From assembly GCA_965215335.1 (NCBI GenBank), contig CBDCDA010000002.1, positions 864,001 through 928,000 on the forward strand: 64,000 bases of DNA, written 5' to 3'. Made by a program: the position numbers and the translations under genes. Below are positions 21,823 to 31,260 of the stretch, piece after piece (the stretch's first letter is position 1; every line of letters starts with the position of its first letter). The stretch comes from an uncultured Candidatus Entotheonella sp. (GTDB lineage: Bacteria > Tectomicrobia > Entotheonellia > Entotheonellales > Entotheonellaceae). Under the pieces are notes generated by a model. That model made no database searches. It worked only from the letters and a program-made list of their open reading frames with translations, and was not told the DNA's origin.

Positions 21823-22257
21823 TTATAAAAGGCACCGGGCCAGCAGAATCAGGACGATCAGCAGGACGTAAAACGGCCAGATGGCAAAGGACAGCAGGCA
21901 GTTCGCCCACTCCCCGACCAGCGACCCGCTCGGCCGTACGGCGTACAGATCGCCGATGCCCACCGTGCCGGCGTGGAGCTTGGCAACGAATGCCTCGCTG
22001 GAACGCCGGAAACGACGTTCCAGCGCCAGGTAGCAGGTATCGAGCAACAGGAACAGCAGAAGCGGAACACCGGCGAGCAGCAACAGGTCGGGCGCCCCCT
22101 GTCGCGCCACAAGGACCAGGACGGCGGAGACCAGGGTAATGCACCACGTCTTGCAGGCGCGGCTGTTGTCCGCCATGCGCTGGATGATCCCTTGCAGGAT
22201 GGTGAGATGCGCCTGGACGGCGGGCGATTCTATGTTCAAGGGCTGGTGTTCGGCCAT
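21823..22257 (-). CDS. multi-pass membrane protein of a family often seen in defence loci
   Basis: HLTILQGIIQRMADNSRACKTWCITLV...LLDTCYLALERRFR; 3 hydrophobic segments. Confidence 0.65.
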   Translation of the reverse strand: MAEHQPLNIESPAVQAHLTILQGIIQRMADNSRACKTWCITLVSAVLVLVARQGAPDLLLLAGVPLLLFLLLDTCYLALERRFRRSSEAFVAKLHAGTVGIGDLYAVRPSGSLVGEWANCLLSFAIWPFYVLLIVLILLARCLL

Positions 22258-22261
22258 GGGT

Positions 22262-23179
22262 TCAGCTCGGTTCACGCTCGGGCTGGCCCGTTGCGTCAGA
22301 GAGTCGGTCGAGCTCGGTCGCCTTGGCGACATCATTCTCGGCGCCTTCAGTGTCTCCCAACGCGCGTTTGGCAGCGCCGCGATTGTAGTAGGCTTTGGCA
22401 TATTGTGGATTGAGTTCAATCGCCTTGTCGTAGTCTGCAACGGCACCCTGACGATTGCCCAAATCGCTCTTGACGTTTCCGCGATTGTTATAGGCTTGGG
22501 CAAATTGCGGGTTGAGTTCAATCGCCTTGTCGTAGTCTGCAACGGCGCCCTGATGGTTGTCCAACGCGTTCCTGGCATTCCCGCGATTGTTATAGGCTTG
22601 GGCAAATTGCGGATCGAGTTCAATCGCCTTGTCGTAGTCTGCAACGGCGCCCTGATGGTTGTCCAAATCGCTCTTGACGTTTCCGCGATTGTTGTAGGCT
22701 TGGGCATATTGCGGATTAAATTCAATCGCCTTGTCGAAGTCCGTAACGGCACCCTGATAATCACCCAAGTTGTACTTGGCAACTCCACGATTGTTATAGG
22801 TTTGGGCATATTGTGGATTGAGTTCAATCGCCTTGTCGTAGTCTGCAACGGCACCCTGACGATTGCCCAAATCGCTCTTGACGTTTCCGCGATTGTAGTA
22901 GGCTTGGGCATATTGTGGATCGAGTTCAATCGCCTTGTCGTAGTCTGCAACGGCGCCCTGATGGTTGTCCAAATCGCTCTTGACGTTTCCGCGATTGTAG
23001 TAGGCTTGGGCATATTGTGGATTAAATTCAATCGCCTTGTCGAAGTCCGTAACGGCACCCTGATAATCACCCAAGTTGTACTTGGCAACTCCACGATTGT
23101 TATAGGCTTGGTAGAGCAGGGGATTGGGCTTTATCGCGTTGTCACCAGAAGCTTTTGTCTTTACGTGATCGTCAGCCAT
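22262..23179 (-). CDS. tetratricopeptide repeat protein, 8 near-identical TPRs
   Basis: 34-aa units AYxNRG..K..L.N.QGAVADYDKAIELNPQY; 102-bp DNA repeats. Confidence 0.93.
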   Translation of the reverse strand: MADDHVKTKASGDNAIKPNPLLYQAYNNRGVAKYNLGDYQGAVTDFDKAIEFNPQYAQAYYNRGNVKSDLDNHQGAVADYDKAIELDPQYAQAYYNRGNVKSDLGNRQGAVADYDKAIELNPQYAQTYNNRGVAKYNLGDYQGAVTDFDKAIEFNPQYAQAYNNRGNVKSDLDNHQGAVADYDKAIELDPQFAQAYNNRGNARNALDNHQGAVADYDKAIELNPQFAQAYNNRGNVKSDLGNRQGAVADYDKAIELNPQYAKAYYNRGAAKRALGDTEGAENDVAKATELDRLSDATGQPEREPS

Positions 23180-23432
23180 CCGAAGGCCCCTCCATGCGTT
23201 CGATCACCTTGTCGTAATAATGGCGTGCTTTTTCATGGTCTCCTTGCTGTTGGAATAGCAAGCCCAGGGAAAAGAAATCCTCAGCCGTAAAGCCCGTATA
23301 GGGTTTTCCGGACGCATTCCAGAGAGCAAAGCCGGCGAAATCGTTGAAAAGCCGTTGCGCCGTGATGCCGAATGATTTCTCCAACGTTGCCATGATTTCC
23401 GGCTTACTGTCTGCATCTATCTCGACCTCATT
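23172..23432 (-). pseudogene. C-terminal fragment of an FRG-domain-like protein, truncated by IS
   Basis: EVEIDADSKPEIMATLEKSFGITAQRLFNDFAGFA resembles FRG C-terminus; upstream sequence replaced by IS end at 23433. Confidence 0.55.
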
Positions 23433-23619
23433 GAGCCTTTTGCAAAATGGACAAGCGCGCCAGGATTATTGATAGAAAGAAGCCGGAAAAGGGCTGATCG
23501 TACTGGGACAAGGCCGTCTCTCCTTTCGTATCATGGGGTCTTCGACCCCCCACATGACAAGGAGAGAGCAACCATGTCCCTACGTGCCATCCTATCGAAT
23601 TATGGGTTCATCTTCCAAC
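23433..23619 (+). mobile_element. left-end remnant of an IS (IS1182/IS5-like), cut by the next IS
   Basis: GAGCCTTTTGCAAAA end, ATCATGGGG..CCCC.CATGA hairpin, RBS and transposase-like start MSLRAILSNYGFIFQ at 23574. Confidence 0.5.
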
Positions 23620-25840
23620 CAATAGGTCGGACAGAATTTAGGCCGCCCTGTCCGCGATCGTGCCATAGTTGCAAAGGTCTTGGTATTCGGGGCTGGATTT
23701 TTCCAGGCTATGCCCCTGGGCTAAATACCGAGAAATTCGCTCAAGTAGATGTTGGTTGAAGGCGCGACGTTTGACACTCGCCATGGAAAATCCTGCCTGG
23801 CTAACGCCGCTTTGCTGCCGAGCTTCCAGTTTGCCCAAACTCATAGCACTCGTGCTCGCATTGAAGTGAACATGCAGCTTGGCTTGGGAACGCGCTTGAC
23901 AGGCACTCAGAGACGTAAACTGCTTGGCGTCCCGAAAGAGAAATTCGATCTGGAAGCGCGCTTTGTAGGCGCGATAGAGGCTGTGCACATCCACATCGGT
24001 ATCCGTGCTGAACAGCACCGCCCGCCGGTGAGTGCGGGTATCGACCACGAGCACCACACGCAGATTGCGCCGAAGATGCACGTGGTTGAGGACTTGGTGA
24101 TAGAGCACGACGGCGTCGTCTTGGCTCGCTACACGCTCAAAGCGTGCCAGGTCGTCCCAATGGACCTTGCCGTCATAAGTCTTGGGTCGCCCGGGTCCTG
24201 GGCGTCCCGGTCCTTGGTAGAGATAGCGCAGATTGGCGTCACGGCGCAGCTTGCCAATCTGATGCAGCCCCAGGGCGTGGAGTCCGTCAAGGAATTTACG
24301 TTTGCTGTAATAGCCATCCGTTATCACATGGCGTAGATGATGGAGTTGGTGGTCGCAGACCACGCCTCTCTGGACGCCAAGAATGACCCCTTGGTGAAGA
24401 TCAATGCCCTCGTTCCCTGGGAAACATTCCGCAGCCGCCTGGAGGCAGTCTGGCGCAAGCCACCCGACAAGCGCAAGTCCAATGCCGGATGCAAGCCCTG
24501 GGACGCTATCGTCATGTTCAAAGCCATCGTGTTGTGCGCCCTCTACAACCTGTCGGATGACCAAGTGGAATACCAGATGCGCGACCGCCTCTCCTTTGTG
24601 CGTTTCCTGGGTTTGCGCCTTGAAGACAAGGTGCCCGACGCCAGGACCGTGTGGCTCTGTCGCGAGCAGTTGTCACAGGCCGGTGTGATCGAAGCTTTGT
24701 TCAACGACTTCGACGGCTATCTCAACACCCAGGGCTATCAGGCAAGGGGCGGCCAGATCATGGATGCTTCAATTGTGGCGGTCCCCATCCAACGCAACCG
24801 TCGTGACGACAACGCCCAGATCAAGCAGGGCAGGACGCCCACGGCCTGGGCGGACAAGCCGGCCCGGCGTCGGCAGAAAGACACGGATGCGCGCTGGACG
24901 AAAAAGCACGGCAACAGTCACTACGGTTACAAGAACCACATTAACATTGACCGCACGTACAAACTGGTACGGCGTTACCGGGTGACGGACGCCTCGGTCC
25001 ACGACAGTCAGGTGATGGATGAGTTGCTGACTTCGGACAACATGGCAAGCGGTGTGTGGGCGGACAGCGCTTATCGGTCGAAAGCGATAGAGGCGAAGGT
25101 GAAGGCCAAGGGGCTGACGAGTCGGATTCATCGCAAGGGCCATCGTAACCGTCCATTGCGGGATTGGGAGAAGGCCGGCAACAGGAGTCGTTCACGGTTT
25201 CGGGCACGGGTGGAACACGTCTTCGGCGCGCAGCACAATGACATGGGCGGGACGTTGGTTCGCAGCATCGGGCTTGTCCGGGCGAGGGCGCGGACAGGTC
25301 TCAAGAACCTGGCCTACAACATGCGACGGCTGGTTGGGTTGCAATGTCTTGGGACGGTGGGTTGAGGGCAAGTGGTGCGACAAGGTGTAGCGGGCGCCCT
25401 CTTTGAGAGGTGAATCCTGATTGTCGGGAGGCGATACCCTGGAAAGCTGAGTTGATTTTCCTATCGAAACGGTGCGAATGACCCATCCTGTCATCTTGGA
25501 CCGCCCAAGAGGTATTTTTCGAGGTGCCCCTGGGTAATCGCCGCCTTGTTGAGTGAGACGAAGTCGAAGGGGCGGTCGTACCAGCGCGCGAAGGTGCGCT
25601 CATGATACGAACTGTAGCGGCTGAGATTACGAAACGTGGCATGGCCGGGAAGCATCAGTAGAAGTCCCAATAGATGGGCGATGAATTTGCGTTGCGGTTT
25701 CTTGGTTTGGGCCAAGGTCGGCAGTACACTTTGAAGCAGTCGCACGGGACACCTCCATTCTTTGGTTGCGTGGGCTAACACAACTATGGAATTGGAGAAC
25801 CCGTGCGACTACCTTGCTCTCAAAACTGTCCGAAGTATTG
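23620..25840 (-). mobile_element. IS4/IS701-like element, transposase disrupted
   Basis: IRs CAATAGGTCGGACAG (23620) and CTGTCCGAAGTATTG (25840); N-terminus ~25530-25750, C-terminus 23638-24360 (DGYY, YKARFQIEFLFRDAKQ); no TSD. Confidence 0.8.
24361..25529 (+). mobile_element. IS5-family element nested in previous IS, left end deleted
   Basis: Transposase to 25365 (VPDARTVW, DAS, KDTDARWTKK, GYKNH, ADSAY, RARVEHVFG); right end TTTTTCGAGGTGCCC; 5' end and start missing. Confidence 0.85.
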
Positions 25841-25934
25841 AGAAGGAAAAATCTGTTATGAACGTCCGCGTAACCCAAAACCACGTCCGCAACGGCAAAG
25901 TTCCCGATGGCAACACCTGCGACCTGGAGCCCTG

Positions 25935-26162
25935 ATGGCGGAAGAAGCGAGGGAAGTGTATCAGGCAGATCATGAGGAAATGAAACGGTTGATCCTCAGC
26001 AAGTTCGAGAATGACGCTTTAGAGCGGCAAGAGGTCGAAGCGTGGCTGGATGACCTGGTGACGCCTGGCGAGAAGGTACTTTGTGATTGTGAGGAACTGG
26101 GGTTCTGCTACTGCAATTGTAAAACGTGCAGTAAATGCGGAAAGGAAGGACATGACACTTAG
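25935..26162 (+). CDS. small protein with Cys-rich C-terminus
   Basis: 75 aa, CDC....CYCNCKTCSKC. Confidence 0.45.
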   Translation: MAEEAREVYQADHEEMKRLILSKFENDALERQEVEAWLDDLVTPGEKVLCDCEELGFCYCNCKTCSKCGKEGHDT

Positions 26163-27932
26163 GAATTTGTCGCAAATTAGTTTTTCATGCTTTGAGTTTT
26201 GTGTTTCAATTGTTCCATGAGGCGCGATCACGAACTCGAAGCCACCATTGTTGAGAAGTACGCGGTGATCGAAGCGTTTCTTGATGAGCGTGGGCGTCGT
26301 ATCTGGGCAGCCACGGAGTCGCGTGCCATCGGCTATGGAGGAGATGCCCTGGTGTCGGATGCGACAGGATTGTCGCGCCCGACTATTCGGGCGGGACGCC
26401 GAGAGCTGGCAGGTGGTGGCACTGAGTTTGGCCGGGTGCGCCGACCGGGCGCTGGACGACCGGGCATCGAGCAGTCTCAGCCGGGCATCAAGCAAGCGCT
26501 GGAGCAGTTGGTTGATCCGTTGACTCGCGGCGACCCGCAGTCGCCGTTGAGGTGGACGTGCAAGAGCAAAGCGAAGCTCACCGTGGCGCTGTCGAAGGCT
26601 GGCTGGAAGGTCAGTTCGACGACGGTGGGCCGTTTACTGCATGAGCTCGGCTATCGCCTGCAATCGGTGCGCAAGAGTCGAGAAGGGGCGTCGCACCCCG
26701 ATCGCAATGCACAGTTCGAACATATCAATTCAAAGGCAGATGAGTTTTTGCAACGCGGTCAGCCGGTGGTATCGGTCGACACCAAGAAGAAGGAGTTGGT
26801 GGGTGATTTCAAGAACGCTGGCCGGGAGTGGCAACCGAAGGGGCAGCCCGAGCAATCACGGGTTCACGACTTTCCTCAGGACGCGACGGGCAAGGCCATT
26901 CCCTATGGCATCTATGATATGGGAGGCAACGAAGCATGGGTCAGTGTTGGGTGTGACCACGACACGCCGGCGTTCGCGGTGGCCTCGCTGCGGCGGTGGT
27001 GGGACGAGATGGGCAAGCGTCGCTACTCCGAGGCTCGTGAGCTATTCATCACTGCCGATGCGGGCGGTAGCAACGGGTATCGCTGTCGCGCCTGGAAGCA
27101 CGGACTGCAACAGTTTGCCGACGAGACGGGTGTGCGCATCCACGTCAGCCACTTCCCGCCCGGTACCAGCAAATGGAACAAGATCGAGCATCGTCTGTTC
27201 TGCCACATCACGCAGAATTGGCGAGGCAAGCCGTTGCGGACCTTTGAGACCATAGTCGATTTGATCGGCAATACGCGTACCAACGCAGGTCTTCGGGTCA
27301 GAGCCGAACTTGACGCAAGAACATACCCGACCGCAGTGGTGACGACGAACGCCGAGATGGACGCCCTGTCGCTCCATCGCAACGCGTTCCACGGCGACTG
27401 GAACTATGAGTTACACCCACGATGAAGTTGGAAACCTAAATTGGATCAAATTCCTTAGGGAAGCCTTGTTCAAGGCTATCCAATTTGAAAACAAGGCTGC
27501 CCACGCCACGGCCTTTCTCCTGTCGTCACCGCACATCGACAACCCACACACCATCGACAAGGGAATGTTAGGCAACCTGTTTTACCTCGCAGAGCGCCGC
27601 TGCATCGCCACTCACGGCCAGTTGCTGTTCATGGATCCGCCCACGGCCAATCTATCCACCTGAAAGACCCGATCATAGCCGACCACCTTGACGAACTGTC
27701 CAAGGCAGACGTCGAAATCCTGCAAAGCCTCCAGGACCGCTTCCTCGCGAAAAGCCCACAAGACCTCACACGCCTCACACGCAGCCTCCCCGAATGGCCG
27801 GACAACGGCACAACCGCCATTATCCCGTGGCGAGACATCATCTTCAGTTTCGGTTACAGCTTCAGAGACGCCGCCTGCGTCCTGGAGGCCGTCTCGGACC
27901 AACCGGGCATTGCTTCAATTCTCTCCGACTGA
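26152..27932 (+). pseudogene. Panacea/SocA (DUF4065)-like antitoxin split by ISAzo13 and frameshifted
   Basis: Removing the IS gives MTLREALFKAIQFENKAAHATAFLL..LFYLAERR; second frame LDELSKADVEIL..LPEWPD..IPWRDII ends at 27932. Confidence 0.65.
26162..27454 (+). mobile_element. ISAzo13-family IS, intact (transposase 26217-27425)
   Basis: IRs GGAATTTG..AATTAG / CTAAATT..CAAATTCC, TTA target duplication; SVDTKKKE, DAGGSNG, SKWNKIEHRLF. Confidence 0.93.
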
Positions 27933-27971
27933 CCTTTCCGACCCCCTCCCACCGAAGAAAGGCCCCCACAC

Positions 27972-29495
27972 ATGACCGAACCGTCCCTTTCCATGGCCGC
28001 GGTCTACGGCTGCATCCTGCACGCCCGCGCTGCCGGCGCCGACCGCTTCGACATCCAGATCGAACCGTCGGCCGGCATGCAGGCCAACCTCCGCTTCCGA
28101 CACAACGGAACCCTTCACGGCAACAGCCCGCGAGGATGCTACATCCAAGTGTTCCAGGCCCACGCACCGGTCTTCACCACCCTCGACGAAGACGGTCTCA
28201 AGACTGCCATCGACCTGGTCGTAGACAAACCCGCCCGCGCCATTTACAGCGAATTGCTCGACGCCACCACCTACTTGCCGGAGCGCTGCACCATCGCTTG
28301 CGACGATCGCCGCGTCGCCCGCAGCCCGTTGCCCTTCATGGAAGCCAGCCACGCCCAACTGTTCGACACCATCAACACCCCCTGGGGGCCGCTGACCGCG
28401 GCAGTCGGCACGTTCCCACCGACAAGACCGGACCTGCTGGTCCGCGGCTTGGCCTACGAGTTACCCTTTCCCAGCGGCTCCATCATCGTCAACGGCATTT
28501 ACAGCACCACCCTGCGGGTCCTCGTCGACGGCTCGCAAGCGGACGGCCTCGTCCACACCTGCTGGCACGAGGGTTTTACGCCAGCCGCCCGCCTGCAATT
28601 CCTTGCAAGCGTCGAAAAACCCCTCCAGGACCTTTTCTACGGCTTTCTGGACAACGGCGGCGCATTCTCCAGCCACGACACCTGGCGCCAGGCCGCCGCC
28701 TGCGGCTGGAACCTCCACGTCGACCCGCAGGCACCCCCCTGGCAGTCCCACACCGACCCCGCGCCGCAACGGCCGAGCCTCGTCCCTCTCACCGACGGTG
28801 CCCTGCGCGTCGAACTGACCGGCGGCCGCCACTGCGACGCCGCCCTGGTCTTCAGCCATCACCAGGACCTGCAGCCCGTAAGCAGGCACCGCGGCCTAAC
28901 CGGGTATCCCTGGCTTGAACGTCTGCCAGCGCTGCGCAACGTCACCGTACACGTCACCAGCAACGACGCCGACATCATCCTGCAAGGGAATCTGAACGAA
29001 GAAGACGACAGCCAAAGGGAAGAAGAAATCGGCAATTTCGAACACCGCCAGGCCGACCGCATCTACGCGGTCCTGACCATCGAGCGACAAGGCACCGAGG
29101 AACAGCGCGAAGTCGACCTGCCGTGGATCCTGACCGGACCGAAAAGCGCCGTCCTGTCCGGCGTCCTTTACCTCGGACCCGAAGCGCAAGACAAGGACCC
29201 CGAAGGCCTCATACACCACCTGGCGGACGCCGGCTTCCGGCCCTACGACCTCGATGAAGACGGGGACGGCGCAGGACCTTCTCTACAGAAACAGTATTTC
29301 CAGGAAGAGGCCACCTACGCCGCTTACGAAGCACTTCAGGGCAGCCGCGAAGCAGCCCGCCGCACCACACTGCTGACATCACGCCAGCATGTCCTGCCGG
29401 CCTTGCCTCGCCCCACCCGCAAGGCGACGACCCTGACCATCACCATTTCCGGCGACGACGTCCAGGTTGTCGCCGAGGACAATTCCCTACAATAA
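27972..29495 (+). CDS. hypothetical MGE protein with degenerate GHKL/HATPase-like N-terminus
   Basis: CILHARAAGADRFDI..RFRHNG resembles ELLQNARRAGA..D.G; 507 aa. Confidence 0.55.
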   Translation: MTEPSLSMAAVYGCILHARAAGADRFDIQIEPSAGMQANLRFRHNGTLHGNSPRGCYIQVFQAHAPVFTTLDEDGLKTAIDLVVDKPARAIYSELLDATTYLPERCTIACDDRRVARSPLPFMEASHAQLFDTINTPWGPLTAAVGTFPPTRPDLLVRGLAYELPFPSGSIIVNGIYSTTLRVLVDGSQADGLVHTCWHEGFTPAARLQFLASVEKPLQDLFYGFLDNGGAFSSHDTWRQAAACGWNLHVDPQAPPWQSHTDPAPQRPSLVPLTDGALRVELTGGRHCDAALVFSHHQDLQPVSRHRGLTGYPWLERLPALRNVTVHVTSNDADIILQGNLNEEDDSQREEEIGNFEHRQADRIYAVLTIERQGTEEQREVDLPWILTGPKSAVLSGVLYLGPEAQDKDPEGLIHHLADAGFRPYDLDEDGDGAGPSLQKQYFQEEATYAAYEALQGSREAARRTTLLTSRQHVLPALPRPTRKATTLTITISGDDVQVVAEDNSLQ

Positions 29496-29530
29496 CCGGC
29501 GATGCGACACTCGAACGACAGGACGCCGCC

Positions 29531-29716
29531 GTGACCGTAGAAGACCTCATCCAGCAACTGGAACAGCTGCCGCCCACGGCGGCCGTGTACTTCCCGCCAC
29601 GCGGCCACGACGACGATGCCGTGGAAATCGACGTCTGCGAGCTGGAACCGCCTCCCACCAGCCGGCCCCTGCGCATCGGCGGCCACTCGCCGCGCCGCGT
29701 CTTTCCGAGTGACTGA
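29531..29716 (+). CDS. small phage-like hypothetical protein
   Basis: MTVEDLIQQLEQLPP.A.V pattern common in phage small ORFs; AGGA RBS. Confidence 0.55.
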   Translation: MTVEDLIQQLEQLPPTAAVYFPPRGHDDDAVEIDVCELEPPPTSRPLRIGGHSPRRVFPSD

Positions 29717-29720
29717 ACAC

Positions 29721-30362
29721 ATGACCAGACGCGCTCATCCCCGCCCCTTCCGCCATTGCCCTACCTGCAAACGCCTGGCCATGGTCACAGCCGACACCCC
29801 GGACGCCTGCGACCGTTGCGGCGCCCCGAACCCGACGGTCGAAACACTCGACGTACGCCTCATCGACTGCCTGCTTTGCGCAGCCTGCCGCGCCGACCTG
29901 CCAGCAAGTGGTCAGCCGTTCAACGTCTTCCTCGAAACGGGCCCGACCAACAACCAAGTGTGCAGCCATTGCCAAAACCAACGCGGCGCATGGCCTGACC
30001 TCAAACCCATTTCCCTGTACGCCGTCGCTCGCTGGAAAAGCCACGGCCTGCAGGCTTACCAGATCATCGCATGCCGCCGGGACAGATCATACGGCACCTC
30101 CGAAACCTCGCACGCCGAACCCGCCGGCAAGCGGAAAACCAGCGCCAGCGCGGACTGCCGCGCCGCAAAAACCCGCTCGAACCGCTCCCGCACACCGTCC
30201 AGCGAAACCTCCAGGCGCCGGCGCTCCACCTCACCGTCGCACGGGTCAAAGCCCGCCTCATGGGTCAAAATGACGTCAAGCAGCACTCGGTCGCGGCCGG
30301 GTAACCGGAAGACATCTGCCGCCAGAAGCTCGAAATCGTGCTCGCGGCAGCCACCGGCGTAA
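29721..30362 (+). CDS. multi-CxxC zinc-finger protein (3' part overlaps antisense gene)
   Basis: CPTC, CDRC, CLLCAAC, CSHC in the first ~90 aa. Confidence 0.55.
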   Translation: MTRRAHPRPFRHCPTCKRLAMVTADTPDACDRCGAPNPTVETLDVRLIDCLLCAACRADLPASGQPFNVFLETGPTNNQVCSHCQNQRGAWPDLKPISLYAVARWKSHGLQAYQIIACRRDRSYGTSETSHAEPAGKRKTSASADCRAAKTRSNRSRTPSSETSRRRRSTSPSHGSKPASWVKMTSSSTRSRPGNRKTSAARSSKSCSRQPPA

Positions 30363-30901
30363 GATACCGTCATCTCCAGCACGCCGTCCCGGACGACCGG
30401 CGCATCATCAAGGAGATGCAACACGAAGCGGTCGCCCACCCTGTCCGGCAGACGCAACCCCCTAAGCACAAACGTCAGCGGCACGACAAGCGCGTCGGGC
30501 AGCGGTACCCGACGCTCGGCCAAGACTTCCACCTCTTCCACCTTTTCAAACACCGGAACTTCAGTCAGCGCCTCTACCTCCTCAGCAGTCTCGACCCCGA
30601 CGTCTTCCCCCATCATCTCTTCGCGCAGCTGCGCCTGCTCACGAGCTTCAGCTTCGAGGCCGGCTACATACCTTGCCGCCGCATCGGCCTCCGACTGCGT
30701 CACTTTCCGCCACGGGTAGCCCAGAACGCAACGACCTGCCGGCTGCGGTTCCCCGGGCAGGCGCAGAATGCCCTTTTCATAGATCAGGCCGTCAGCGTCC
30801 ACATGACGGTTCCATTCCCGGAAACGTTCCGTCACCGTGGAATCATCGCCGCAACCCACCACCAATAAAACCGCCAGAAAACCCATCGACAAACGCACCA
30901 T
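30056..30901 (-). CDS. putative lipoprotein
   Basis: Lipobox-like LVVGC; domain VSYAGGCREHDF...HEAGFDPC with paired Cys. Confidence 0.65.
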   Translation of the reverse strand: MVRLSMGFLAVLLVVGCGDDSTVTERFREWNRHVDADGLIYEKGILRLPGEPQPAGRCVLGYPWRKVTQSEADAAARYVAGLEAEAREQAQLREEMMGEDVGVETAEEVEALTEVPVFEKVEEVEVLAERRVPLPDALVVPLTFVLRGLRLPDRVGDRFVLHLLDDAPVVRDGVLEMTVSYAGGCREHDFELLAADVFRLPGRDRVLLDVILTHEAGFDPCDGEVERRRLEVSLDGVRERFERVFAARQSALALVFRLPAGSACEVSEVPYDLSRRHAMIW

Positions 30902-30975
30902 CCAATTCCCCTCTCCAGCCGGGTTTACCCTGCAAACAGTATAATGGAAACACCTGCTACAAAAGGAACAAGCCG

Positions 30976-31260
30976 ATGTCCAACCTGAAGCTCGACCTCG
31001 TCATCCGCGGCACCGCGCCGCCGGAAGACCGCGACCGCCTGGCGCAAGGTCTCCTCAAGGACCTCGACGCCCGGGGCGCCGAGGTGCGGCTCGTCGACGA
31101 ACAGCCGGAAACCCCATGCCCGGGCTGCAGCAAAAACAGCGTCGTGAGTACCCAAACGCAGCACGAGGACATACGCAAGACCCACGTGGCGTGCTCAGCC
31201 TGCGGATTCGTTCTTTCCCACATCCATACCTGGCCCGGCCGTACGAGGACATCTTCATGA
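30976..31260 (+). CDS. small zinc-ribbon protein
   Basis: CPGC...CSAC; AAGGA RBS; TATAAT at 30940; ATGA overlap with recD2. Confidence 0.6.
   Translation: MSNLKLDLVIRGTAPPEDRDRLAQGLLKDLDARGAEVRLVDEQPETPCPGCSKNSVVSTQTQHEDIRKTHVACSACGFVLSHIHTWPGRTRTSS

Noticed and set aside
22290..23115. Possible CRISPR array or DGR template/variable repeats
   Set aside because: Repeats are contiguous coding TPR units without unique spacers; no cas or reverse transcriptase gene in the window
21823..23290. Long alternative-frame ORFs over the TPR gene (423 aa minus, 383 aa plus), one fused to the membrane protein
   Set aside because: Stop-free shadows of a repeated 102-bp unit; only the TPR frame and the ATG at 22257 look like real proteins
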